A stretch of DNA of 64,000 bases from Prorocentrum cordatum. Taxonomy: Eukaryota. Each line of letters opens with the position of its first letter. The first letter of the stretch is position 1. The stretch spans positions 310,001-374,000 of the forward strand of contig CAUYUJ010000015.1 in NCBI GenBank assembly GCA_963575745.1, given 5' to 3'. The position numbers and the translations under genes are program-made. Below, one piece after another: positions 52,026 through 64,000 of the stretch. The notes below the pieces were generated by a model. It had not been told where the DNA came from. It searched no databases and worked only from the letters and a program-made list of their open reading frames with translations.

Positions 52026-55000
52026 ATGTGGACATGCAGGCCGTGCAATCGCCAGAACAGAAACAACGTTTGGGACTGCAAGTGTGGGAACAAGTGGGGT
52101 GCTCGGCCAAGGAGAGACAGCAGCTTGTCCAGACGAGAGAATCTCAAAGTGAGCGAGACGATCAGAAATATCATCGTTGTCATGCCAGAACAAGCATACA
52201 ACCATACTGAGCGGATCAAGCCGCCTGAGGGCCGCCCCGACGCACTCACAAAGTATCGCAAGGAGACACAGGCCAATAGCCGAAAACTTGGCAACTTGTA
52301 TCATGTCAGCAAACTTGCGGACAGAACTGACCCTGAAACGGCGAAGGAGCTCGGGGTCCGCAAGCTCATGATGACAGCCGCCAAGGGCACCGAGAAGCAG
52401 ATACATGATTTGCGCACCAAAATGCTTGCAGTTCGCGAGAGGCCCAGGACCGTGCAGAAGAGGATTGGCGACTGCATGCGCGAGGGGCGTAAACTGAAAC
52501 GCAGCATCGAGCAGCATCGGGATTATATCGTGCAACTTCAGGTTAAAAAAGACGAGGGTTGCATTATGCAGATGGACCAATGCCGCGTCCGACAGGAAAA
52601 GTAGCAGCCACAGCAGCAGGAACAGCACCAGCAGCCGCAGCATCAGCAGCGTCGTGAACAGCAGCAGCCCGAGCAGCTAGAGTCGGATTCACATAATGCC
52701 AGGGACGCTGAGCTGTCCAAACGCATGGGGAACATTCCGCAGTCGATCAAGGTAGACTCGGGCAGACAGGAGGCCACAGACGGCATTCTCAGCAAGATTA
52801 TGACTGGTCACAGTTCTCGTGCGTGCCATCTCGAGCGCATCATCGACCAGCAGTCGCTAGGGCATCAAAAGCTCGGCCAGCCGTCCACGACGCAGGCGGC
52901 AGCCGCCCAAGCTCAGACACAGCGTCAAACGCAGCAGCTGCAGGCAGCAGCAGCAGCATCCATGCAGCGGCCCAGCGGCGGGCAATGGGCGCAGCCACCG
53001 CGGCCCCCGCCTCCGCCGAGAGCCGCGGCCGCTCCTCCCCCGCCACGGCCTCCGAAGGTAGAGCCGTCTCAGGTTGAGGGCAAAGCTGCGCCAATTGCCC
53101 GCGGCGGGATGCAGACGCCGCCGACCAAGAAAGGATGCGAATCGCCATCAGCCGTCGACCGTGCTGCGCCTCCAACGCCAGTTGCAGACGCGGGCGCGCT
53201 GCCAAGTTCACCAACCTCGCCAGCGCCGACGCAAGGTTTCACCCGGGAGGAGCTGACCCCCCGGACCTCGCGACATCTTGGATCACGTCCAAGGGAACGC
53301 GGTCGAGGCATCGCAGGCCAGCCCCATTCCCAATGCGCAGCACTCGCCCAACTCGCACACGCACCCCCCCGAGCTGGGCAGGGGCAGCGGCGCGCGGCGC
53401 GCCGCTGGCAGAGATCGCGGCGGAGACAGCAGAGGGCGCCAGGAAGGCAATGGAGGAGGTGCCCAGCCAGACAGCAGAGACCATCAGGAAGGCAATAGAG
53501 AAAGGCAATGGAAGAGGCGGCAGAGAAGCACGCGCTCGAGGAGAACGCAGACAGTTCACCCCTGCAGCAGAGGTTGCAGAAGTACCAGTGCAACGAGGAG
53601 GCGGGCGATCGAGCAGAGCTACGATGAGCGCCTCGCTCGGGGGCGCCAGCGCGCGGGAGTTCAGGGCAGGGGACCTGCCTTGCTCGCGCGCGGCGATCTA
53701 CCAGCTCAGACGCGGGACCTTGCCGCCCAATGGTGGAATCGTCGCTTCCTCGCAACCCCGTCTGCCCGCGTCGGCGACGCGATGCTAGGGGTCGGCCTCG
53801 CGCGGGCGACGACTGGCACAGAGCCGACTGCCATGACTTGCGAGATGTTGGATCACATTCGTCTCGCGAGGCAGCTGTTGCTCGGGCGCGCCGGGGCGCG
53901 CCCGGCGACGAGCAACGTGGCAAACCTGTGGAAGCAGCCAGAGATGCAGCACGCGAGTCCAGAGCGAGTCTTTCCTCCCATACGTCAATCTCGCCCCCTG
54001 CGCCTCCGACGCCCAGGAAGTAAAGATTGAGGCGCAAGTCTGCGCCCGAGGATTATCCTTCGCAGTCGTGCTCGCAGAGGTCCGCCACGACAAGCCCGGT
54101 AGCTCCTGCTCGCGGGAGCAATGGTCCAGCTGCTGTGCCCGCCCGCAGGCGACTTGCGCATGGGCGGCCAGGGCGCCCGGGGGCAAATTCTCCAAGCCCC
54201 CTTTTCCACCGGCGGAGCCCCGCCCGAGCCGCGCAGAGAGGAAGGGGCCCCTGCCGCCCAGAGTGGTCACGCACTGTCTCCGTTAGCCTTTGCAATTCTG
54301 CGCCTCCGCCATCAGGCGCCCCCCCCCGGGGCCAGTTTTCTTGGCATCAAAAGAAGCTACTTCGCGCGACCTACTGGTTCATCGCCGCAACTGATTCACC
54401 CCCGGAGGAGGCGCGGGCGGCATCAAACTACGTCCGATGGCTCAATTCGCTCTGGGCGCAGCCAAGCCCGTCACTGGTGGGCCGCGCAAAGTGCATGCAT
54501 ATGCGCATATGCACGCACGTTTTGCGACGCGTCTTCCAGGAGAAACATTGCTGGGAGCGGTTGGGCATTTGTCGCGGCAGCGGCTGGCGCGGGTCGCGAC
54601 GCGCGCAACGCGCGCTGCCTCGCCGACATCCATCGCTTTCGACAGCGATGAAGCCACCACAACTAGTGAGCTAATGGGCATGCTGCGTCCTGCCCGCGGA
54701 TTCTCGGGCACGATGGGCCGCGGCAGAACGCCGGCCATGGGCCGGGAGATGCGCCTATCTTTGAGTTGCACTGCGATAACATATCCGCCATCGGCATCGC
54801 CCTGCGACATGTCGTACCACGTGCTAATCCGGAGGTGGCACATCTAACGCGCGCGGTATACGAATGTGGCCCACCGTCGCTACGCACTAGCTCTGCGGCG
54901 CATCAACGCACGCGCGCATACGCGCGCACAACCAATGGAGCGGATGCGCGGAAGCGATAACGCGGGATGACGGCGCATCGCCGACGCTACCTCCAGCCGG

Positions 55001-57400
55001 CGTCTGCGAGGCCCTTCGTTTCAACGAGGGCACGGACTGGATGTTGCCGCGGCAGGCGCCGCAGGCTATTCGCGGGGCGCGCCCGCTAGATCAGGCAGGC
55101 AACCGGGATATCGGGCCCCCCCGAGAGAGAATCAGAGCCGTTCGACACGCTCCCCAAGCAAATCGTCGAGTCGAGGTCCGTGGTCTTGACTTTGCGATTG
55201 GTCTCTTTCACTGCCGCGTCTGTCAGGGGCTCGCGCGAGGCTTCGGGCGGGCCAGTGAAGCTTGCAGGGGAACTCCTAAGTCAACAATTCCTCAGGGAAG
55301 GGTGGCGATAGCTGGTTTTCAAGACGCCGGAAATCCAGCGGGGCCCAGGACTGCATCAGGTTTGTTCGCTATGTCGTCTGGGGCGCAATGCAAGAAACAC
55401 TTCGGGGTCGAGCAGTGGGCGTCCATGGAGAGGGCGCGCGGGCCCAAAGAGGGCATATATGTGTATTTCTCGCCCAGGCACTTCCCACCTGCATACGGGT
55501 CGCCGCGCCACCTGTGCATGAAATGCGCGGCGTCGGAACTCACGCGCGCGATGGTTGCGGCGCACAATCTACACAATGGCGATGATCACACTGACGCACA
55601 GCGCGAGGCCTGGCGGTGGGGCACGCAGGCGCTCACTTACAAGCATGGAGCGCACATTTAATGAAGTCAGCGCACGCGTGGGCGAGATCACCTCCTCGGC
55701 GGTCGGCAGTCAAGGGTTCCGAGAGCCAGCGGACTTCGCTGGCGCATTTGTCCATGATTATATTTTGGCCACCAGCGCTTGCGCTGCCAACGCCCTGAGC
55801 CCGTCGGAGACCGATGGCTTCGCGTGAAGCCTCATCGCATCGACTATAATGTTTTCTTGGAGGACGCGATGCAGTCTGTGATAGAAAATGCCGCAACTGT
55901 TGACTTGGATGCCAATCTTGCCTACCAGGACCAAAGGCCAGTAGCTATCGCGATGGCCTCTCTGAACATGTCCAAGAGACAGGCCCCCAAGCTAAGATGC
56001 GATAGAGTCACCCTCGAAGAGCCCAGCGAGGTCCAGATCTTCGAGGAGAAGCTTCTAATGGCCCCTGTCGTTCTGGCACGTGCTTTGCTCCCCTTGGAAG
56101 GGCGACGTCACTGACTGGGACAGCTCATGCAGCAAGTGCAGCTAGTGCAGCAACGCAAGAATGACCTCGTCATGGACAAGAGAGAACTGTTGTGCATGAT
56201 CCGAGGAGCTGCCACTGGAAGGGCCACGGGTCCAGACCATGCAACCATGGACACACTGAACACTGCATCAGATGTGGCAGCTGAGCTGCCCCTGCCGCTA
56301 TACACGAAGAGAAACGTCAGCTCTCGGTGGCCGCTGGGCTTCAAGGGCGGCTGGCAGGTGGATCTATTTAACATGGATAAAGTGCGCCGAAAACCAATTG
56401 CCGCGGAATTATGTCGAGAGTGCACGTTGTAAAGATTCATCACAAGTTTCTTCGGTCGCAGCTGGTCGAAAGCACCAAACATTTGACGCGCGCGCGATTT
56501 TCAAATGGGAGGGTTCGCCAGGCGCGGTGCAGATTTGGTGACCCTCATCGTGACCCCTGCCGCGCAGTTTGTCAAAGCTCGTGATCGCGCAATGTTTCTC
56601 ATTTTGACCGTCCTACGCGCGGCTTTCTACTCCGCGGTGAAGCCGTTTCTTTCGCGCGATGCGCAATCAGACACGGAGATCGCAGATGTGCTGGATGACG
56701 CAAAGACGCCAGTTGTGCTCATTTCCATATGTGACAAGATCGTTGAGACGTCTCATTGGAGGTGCCACCGCCTCATGGAGGTGCACGGCCTACAACGCCC
56801 CCGGCCGATTATTTGTTTGACGTGGCTTTCTCTTCCTTGCAGACGAGCTAACGATAGACACAGCATGATGGGATACCGGCAGAGAGCCTCTGAGGGCCCC
56901 GAGAAGGCCCCAACCGTTCTTCAGAAGGACGACGTGGCTGACGTTCCCGAGGTCTGGGGCCCCGTCATGCGTCGACGACGCGGTCACTCTTGTGCAGCTC
57001 CAGTGGGCCACTGACTGCAAGCATGCTGCCATCGACGTGGCCGGCGCGGTCCACGAGGAGGCCGCGGCCAGGGGCTTCTCGGTCAACTTCAAGGTGGGCG
57101 AGTCAGAGTTAAGGCCGAACATCGTCGGCAGAGGGCCCCGCAAGGCTCGCCAGGACTTCGCGGGGTTCCGCCAGAAAGGGCCCCCGATGGGCAAGCACGG
57201 GGCCAACTTGGCACTCGCCGCTAAGTACAAGTATCTCGGAGGCCACCGCGACCAGAGCCTCTCCATGGGCCCCGACGTCTTCCACAGACGCCACCGACTT
57301 CAGAAGCTCCCTAGGTGTCCTCAAGAGGATGTCTTCAACAACAAGGCCCTGGGGGAAAATTAGCCTGGCGAAGGACCCAAACATATGCAGCTGCGAATAC
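52026..57400 (+). mobile_element. Heavily decayed near-full-length LINE: zinc-finger ORF1, RNase H-like domain, AP endonuclease, RT
   Basis: ORF1 MWTCRPCNRQN...DCKCG. RNase H-like ATTTSELMG (~54652) and LHCDNISAIGIA (~54766). APE-like IAGFQD (~55308), FGVEQW, SARVG..SSAVG, HRIDY...DQRPV (~55835-55945). RT-like GRATGPD, PLGFKGG..VDL, GG.ARRG, LRAAFYS, YKYLG (~56215-57245). Confidence 0.7.
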
Positions 57401-58058
57401 CGCGAGGGAAATGAGACGAAGGAGGCGGGCACGCAAACTACAAGTGGCGCGAGGCATGGCCCCTGCTGTCACGGGCACTGCGCCACAGCACGGACGAGGC
57501 GCAAGACAGCGCGGGCAGGAGGTGGCTGGAGAAGGAGGAGAGCTCACTGGGCGATCCAACACATCAGCATCATCATCGCATCGTCAGACCTGTTACTGGG
57601 CACGCAGGAAGATGTCACGGAGAAGCCGCGCAAATGTCAGGGGCAGGCCAGCAACGGCAGAGACGAGACCGGGGGGCCCGCGGTCAAGAAGCAAAAGGAA
57701 GCAAGAGGAGCGAGAGACGATGGGGTGACATTTTTGCTTCCGGGCCGATAGCGAGCCACGCAGAGTGCACTGCGCAGGCGGCGCCGCTCGAAAGTGGCTG
57801 GGGAGTCCCCACCGACGCGGTCTGGTCATCCCGAGGGAATCCCATCGACGCGCGGGGGTCGTCCACTGCGACTCAATGTAAACGGATAGCTCCCCCGTGC
57901 TGCGCGGCGAGGCTATGCGAAAACGGCGCGATCTGGGTGAAATCCCCCGACAGGCGCCGGTCATCCTCTGGCGAGAAATCCCGACGACGAGCTGGGGTCA
58001 TCCAAGCGTCAGCGACAACCAGCGCGCGCCGCTGGCTCGTGCGGGGCCGCTTCCCAGG

Positions 58059-61000
58059 TCAGGCCTCGCGGATGAACTCGCTGAAGCCGAGCTCCCTGGC
58101 GAGGGCCGTCGCCTCCCTCCTGCACCGCTTCGTGCGCGCAGCAAACTGCTCCAGCTGCTTCCGCAAGCCCGCCGGCGGCCCTGCCAGGAAGAACTCGATG
58201 AGCGGCGCCCGCATGAGCAGGAGATCCTCGTGGCGCGTGGCGCGCGAGAGCAGCGCGTAGAGCTCCAGCCACCAGTCGTCGTCCTCCTTCTTGCCGTTCC
58301 CGACCTCGTGGCGGCCGCAGTCCAGGATCACGCCTGGGCGGCGTCGGCCGGGGGAGCAGTGCGCCAGACAGCCGACGGCCCAGGGCGAGAGTCCACGGGA
58401 CCGAGAGAAGGTCCGGCTGCGGACCGCTCGCGTCTGAAGGGTTCGGCCGTAGACTGCCCGGTGGCGCCGTTCCCCCGCCCCGTCGCCTTCCCGCATAGTG
58501 CGCCCCTGGCACGCCACCGTGGTGATGACCCTGCCGTGTGAAAACGGGAAGCCCGTCCGGGTGACCTTGGAGGTGCGGAAGGTGAACGGCTCCGACGTAC
58601 GGGGCTCGATGAACACCAGCGGGCCCGTGAGGTCCCCCGCGAGGCTGTCGTCGTGGCGCTTCAGGTCGCCCACGAAGGGCGCGCCCGCGTATTTCTCCAT
58701 GCGCACCCAGAACCCCTGGGGCAAGCGCTTCAGATATATCCTCTTCTCTCCGTCCCTCTCGGCCCTCTCGACGTCGTCCCGATCCCGAGGGTTCACGACG
58801 ATGTGCACGATCTGCCCCTCGGCGTCCTTGACGAGGCCGTTCTTGAGATCGAGCGCCTCCAGGAGCCGGATCCGCATGCCCACGTGCACCGGGAGCAGTC
58901 CGTGCATGCCACCGGTGTTCTTCGGGTTGGCACAGTTCATCATCTTGGCGGCGTCCTTCTTGCTCATCGTCGGGGCAGACCTGTCGGCGGCCTGCACGAG
59001 GAAGAGGGGCTTCTTCAGGACGTCCGCGTCCCGCTGGGCACGCATGTTCATCCATCGCGCCACGGTGTCCCAATACGACCCAATCATGTGGCCGTTCTGG
59101 AACCTTTCCTCCCGGAGCCAGCGGTCATCGGGTTGCAGCTGCATGGCGTTCCACGTGGCCCGGATGGCCGGAGGGACCTGCTTCCCCGGTTTGCGCAAGA
59201 ACGCCATGAGATCCCTGAGCTTCGCGTCTTTGAAGCGGTTGGACGCCTGGGGCTCGAAGCACAGCGGTGTGTTGCAGAAGAGTTTCATCACGGCCTGGTA
59301 CTCTGGAGCGAGGTTGATGCCCGCCGCCGCGAGTTCCTCGAAGCTGGAGATGAGCGACACCTTGCCTCCCGTCGGCTTCAGCTGCAAGAAGTCTCCCAGG
59401 TGGATCACGATAGGCATCCGGCCGAAGGCTCCGCCGACCTGGTCGCACTCCCGCTCCTCCGCGCCCCACTCGGCCTTGCGCCCGAGGTAGGACCGGAAGG
59501 CCAGCATGTTGTACAAGTTAAGCGAGATCATGCTCACCTCCTCCAGGATCAAGCACTTGACCGCCTCCCACGTGTCCTGTAGCGCTTTCAGCTTGCCCCC
59601 CGCGGGTATGTCCTTGTTCCTGAAGGACTGCACTCCTATGACACCCGCCCAGTGGCAACTGACGGCCTTGTGAGCGTCCGTGGAGATGTTCGCGGCCTGG
59701 GACCACTTCGCGCAGACTATCTGCGTGGCCTTCGCCTTGCCCGGCTCCACAGGGAACAGTGCGTCCATGGCCGGCAGCACGATCTCCTGCACCATGGCGG
59801 TCTTCCCGCTGCCGCCCTGGCCGAGGAGCAGGAACTGGAACGGCTTCCGCTTCGCGTGCTTGGCCATGCTGCCGACGTTGATCTTCTGCTCCTCGCCCCA
59901 CACCACGTTGCAGGCGTTCGCGAAGGCCGTGGCGAGCAGGGCCTGGTCGGGCTTCAGAGGGCGGGGCTCCTGCCGCCCCGTTCTCGGGTCGACCACGCCG
60001 TCCTCGAACTTTTTGACGAGGCGCATGACGAAGTCGCTGGGCCGCTGCATCTCCTCCGAACGCTCCCACCGCGCCTGCGCCGCCTCAACCAGCATCGCGC
60101 CAGCGCCCGCTGCCTGGAGGTCGTCTGGCGCGGGGGCGTCGTCCACGGGCGCGTCCGCATCCTTCGTGCCTCCCCTGGCGAACCTTTTCCGTTGGGTTTC
60201 TACCAAGTCCTTCAGCTCGTCCGCGTCGAGATCGCGCAGGGCCCTGAAAAGGGCAAGGACGTCGTCCTTCAGAGCGCGGGCAGCGCGACGCGACGCGTCG
60301 GCGTCATTCGGACCCGGCAGCGCGCCGTTCTCCATCATCGTGGCGGCCTTTTTGAGATCCTTGACGAAGGCCTGCGTGCGCTCGGCGGTGTCGAAGCGCA
60401 AGATCTGCCCGAGCGTCTCGGGGTCGAAGTGATGCTCCAGGACCGCGTTGGCGCCCAGCTTCGCGAAGCCTTCTTGTGCGCGGATGCTCTGGGCCTCCAC
60501 CTGCGCGGCGCCCGCCCCCGAGTCCTCGGCGCCCTCGCGAAACACGGGGGCCTCGGGGACGTGCACGTCGTCCTTCTGCGGCCTCTTCGGCTTCGAGGCC
60601 TTCGCCTTGGAGATGCCGTCGAAGTTGGCCGCGGTCTTCGTGGTCTCCAGGGCCAGGTACTCCTGCACTGTCAGCATGCTGTGCAGCCAATTGCCCCACT
60701 CCGTGCACTGGGCGCACTGGCACGGAGGCTGCACGTCCTCCCCGCGGTCGCTGCGCTTCTCGCGCAGCGCGGACTCGACCTCCCCCGTGTTCCAGATGCT
60801 GGGAGTCGCCCAGGACCCGACGTCATTCCTGAGGCACTTCGCCCTGGCCGTCTTCGCCAGTTGCTCCTGGGCGATGGCGAACGACTCCCAGCCGCGCTGG
60901 AACGGGCCCGGGACGCCCTCCCCCGCCGGCTGCGCCGGCCACTCCGGCTCGCCCTTTGGCGCCGCGCACAGGTGCTCGTACGCGCGGAGGTAGCGCAGCT

Positions 61001-64000
61001 CCTTCGTGTCGTTGGGCCCGTCGGCGTCCGGCAGATGCACTGGTCTGAGCAGCACCGACTTCATGAGGTAGTGCGTCTCGACGTTCGACTCCGCGCTCAC
61101 GAACTGGAAGCCGTCCGGCTTCGGGATGCGCGGCTCGGCGGCCAGCCTCTGCGTCCAGTTCCGCGCCGCCGAGTAGGACGAGTCGAAGGCGATGTCCACG
61201 TGCAGGGCGCGCCCCCCGCTGCCCTCGGGCTCCAGCTCCCCGGCCGGAAGGGCGTGCAACGGCAGTTCCACGCGGTACACCCAGATGCTGTAGACGTACA
61301 GGTTCATGTCTCGGACAATCGGGTGGTCTCCGCGGTGCATCCAGTCGTCGTGCTGGCTCAGCACGGCGCCCCTGCACTTGCCCTGCGTGAGGCCCTCGAC
61401 GGTCGGCCCCGGTGCCTCAGGCTGCTCTTCTGCTTCGCCTTCCCGCATCTTGTTCAATGCCTTCGTCACGTCGCGCAGCGAGCCGCCGCTGGCGTTCGCG
61501 ATCTGGAACGCCTGGTGCGCGTACTCGATCGTGTCGAACTCCTCGCCGTCGGGGCTGACGTACACCGTTTCGCCCTCGCGCTGCACCTCGCTCCACCCCG
61601 GCATCGCGACCTGCTGACCAGTGCCGGGGACCGCGTACGTGATCGAGGCGGCGGGCGGGCTTTCCGCGGTGTCGGCCTGGCCGTATCGCCTGCGCCAGGA
61701 CTCCGCGGCGAGGTAGATGGATTTCCGCGTGAACACCTTCCAGCAACGGTGCGTCAGGAAGGAGAGGTGCCCGAAAAGCATTGGGAATACCATCCCGCTG
61801 CCGCTCTTCCAGGAGGCCCTGCGGAAGCAGGTCTCGAAGCGGGACAGCACCTGCAGCGTGCGCTTGAAATCCTTTGCGCTTCCGACTGGGGGTCGTCGAC
61901 GACGTCGCCCGCGGCCTGCGCTTCCCGATCGCCCCACTGGCTCTTGAGGCGGCGCACGCCGTCAAGGAGCTTGCAGAGCACGTTGTCCATGTTGGGGTTC
62001 ACCTTCGTGGTGTAAGAGTTCACGTAGTAGCTCGTGTTGTGAGTATCCACGAAAGTGGCGAGCGCGTGCCGTTCCAGGTCGCACTGGAGATTTGCGCGCG
62101 CAGCGTCGTCACCGTCCACGCTCGGGCTATCGCAGTCCGCGAGCTCCTTGAAGATCTCGTGCCAGCCGGTGACTACGACGAGGTCCCACTTCGCCTCGGA
62201 CGTGGTGGTCAGGTGCTGGAACCATCCCCAGTCCTCCCGGGCGCCCACCGGGAAGTCAGGGTAGCGCTGAGGGTAGAGGCCGTGGTTGTAACTGTTGCGG
62301 TGCTCCTCTTTCCCCGGCGGTTCCAGCTCCGACGCCTCCATCCACAGGCGCGGGGGCAGCACCCGTCTCATGTCCTGCACGTCCACGTTGCACCGCGCTG
62401 AGACGAGCGCCGCGCACTTGGTGGTGGTCTCCCCGGGGTGGAGCTGAAAGGTGACGATGCGCCCGGCCATGCCGTAGTCCGTCTCCTGGAATATCCCGAT
62501 GCAGCCACGCAGCGCCTTCCCGCGCGTGCGGAGCCGGCACTCCTGGGAGTCCCCCTCCTCGGGCCACGTGCACAATGTCACCAGGTTGTAGTAGTTGTGG
62601 CGGCAGATCTGCGAGCCGCGCGTCTTGTCGGAATGGTACTTATAGCAGGAGGGGCTGCAGACGTGGATGCCGCAACCGATGACGAGCTCGCGCGCGTCGC
62701 GGCACATCTCGCGAATCCACTCGTCGCTCGGGAGAGACTGCTCGAGGGTGCACCCGCTGCGGTACTTCGGGAAGATGCCGGAGGCGCTGCTGGAGAGCGG
62801 CCGCTGCCATTGCCTCTTGCTCTCCGCGGCCTGCTGCTCTGTCCACGTCGCTTCGTCGTCCACGGTCTCGCCGGCCTTGTTGCGCAGCGGCAGATCGGGG
62901 CGAATCGCCTTGTGATACACGTCCTCCCCTCGATTTGCGGTTTCTTTGGGATCGTTGATCCACAGCTCCTGCCGCTCGATTTCGCCCTCGGCCCCGAGCT
63001 GTTCTGCCGTGGCCATCTCCGCGTTCCCGTCGGCTCTAAAGTACCGCTTCTCGTTGGGCCCGAAGGGGAGCGGCGGCACCTGGACCCTGCACTTGTTCTC
63101 GCCCCCCTGCAGCTGCTGGGGCTGCATCTCCGCGGAGCTCTGCTGAGGGGCGACGACGGCCTGCACCACCTGCCGCATCCACAGGCTCAGGCGCTCCTGG
63201 AAGCGCGCCTGGTCGCGCTGCAGCATGTCCAAGAGCACGTGCAGCTGGCCCTGCAGCAGCCAGATGAGGATGTGCGGATGCAGCGAGCCGCGGCCCTGGG
63301 CCCCGACCGGCCCGAACGCCGCCGCGAGGGGGCCGAACACTGTGGGCGCGCCCATGAGATCGGCAGCGACGCCGTCGGAAACCCAGTGCTCCGAAGGCTT
63401 TTGAACTTCTCCTCGCCGCCACCCGACGGTCTCTGGGCGCAGGCCGAGGACGTGGACGAAGAACAGCCTCATCATCAGCTCGAACACCACGGACTGGCCC
63501 GTGGGGTCCTTTGCGATACGCTGCGACATCTCGCTGCACGTGAATCTCTCCGCCTCGTTCAGGTCGTTGTCGAAGTTGTACTCCTCCCCCTGCACGACGA
63601 GGATCAGGGGCTGCTTGGTGTCGGCCAGGTTCGGGGTGACGAACTGCACGGGTGGGCCAAAACGCAGGGTATACGCCTCGCCCTCGCAGCTCCCACCTGT
63701 GTCCATCGGACCCGACTAGACTGGCAGTGGCCTGGCCCAGGGTGACCAGAGCTTTCCGCACCTCGTTGGGGGTGTCCTTGTCCTTGAGGATGCCGTTCAG
63801 CGTGGCTTCCCCGGTCGTCTGCTGCGCCCTGAGCTACATCTCCCCGATCATCTCTGGCGTGATGTCCGCGCAGGCGCGGGCGGCCCCGAACGCCCCAGGC
63901 TGCTTCATGAAGGTGTAGGTGCTGTTGGTCGTCTCCGTGACTCTGTAAAAGGAGTGCAGCAGGTGCACGTCGTACCAGGAGCTCCGGAAACGATTGATGG
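58059..64000 (-). mobile_element. Helitron Rep-helicase (HUH endonuclease + PIF1 family helicase), 5'-truncated by the window edge, with a few lesions
   Basis: Rep motifs: VGSDGHR..FGPPVQFVTPNLAD, AQGRGSLHPHILIW, HVCSPSCYKY..CR, YYVNSYTTK. PIF1 motifs: LLGQGGSGKT, ILEEVSMI, GDFLQLKP, SNRFKD, CQGRTM, YALLSRAT. Lesions: TAG at 63836-63834 and frameshifts near 63685 and 61880. Confidence 0.92.
58334..58486 (-). other. Predicted 153-nt GC-AG intron in the Helitron helicase
   Basis: GAAG|GCGACG...CCCAG|GCGTG. Removing it gives CQGRTMREGVILD, the normal PIF1 motif V continuation. Confidence 0.8.

Noticed and set aside
57730..58058. 3' terminus of the autonomous Helitron
   Set aside because: Only a weak hairpin (CGCAG/CTGCG near 57760-57775); no CTRR|T end and no match to the mini-element ends.

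Overview
GC-rich eukaryotic DNA made almost entirely of transposable elements and simple repeats. The GC-AG introns, (GAG)n/(GAC)n/(CAT)n tracts and TE types suggest a dinoflagellate such as Prorocentrum; this is an inference. I could not identify any host housekeeping gene, rRNA, tRNA or CRISPR array, and most ORFs in the track are low-complexity artefacts. Main content: (1) an ~8.9-kb imperfect palindrome (~20250-29140) encoding a spliced pogo-type DDD transposase. In each arm the N-terminal and C-terminal exons lie on opposite strands, so a complete gene forms only across the two arms and each copy's ~3.4-kb intron contains the other copy's catalytic exons antisense. (2) A mildly decayed Helitron Rep(HUH)-PIF1 helicase gene (58059-64000, minus strand, running off the window) with a 153-nt GC-AG intron. 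(3) Four LINE relics, two of them with the order zinc-finger ORF1, RNase H, AP endonuclease, then RT where preserved. (4) Non-autonomous rolling-circle-type elements: one canonical TC...hairpin-CTAG element, and three copies of a mini-element with asymmetric inverted repeats, two of them inside the transposase. (5) A 4.15-kb TA-flanked TIR element filled with a GGCT/GAC composite satellite. (6) Several small palindromes and minisatellites.
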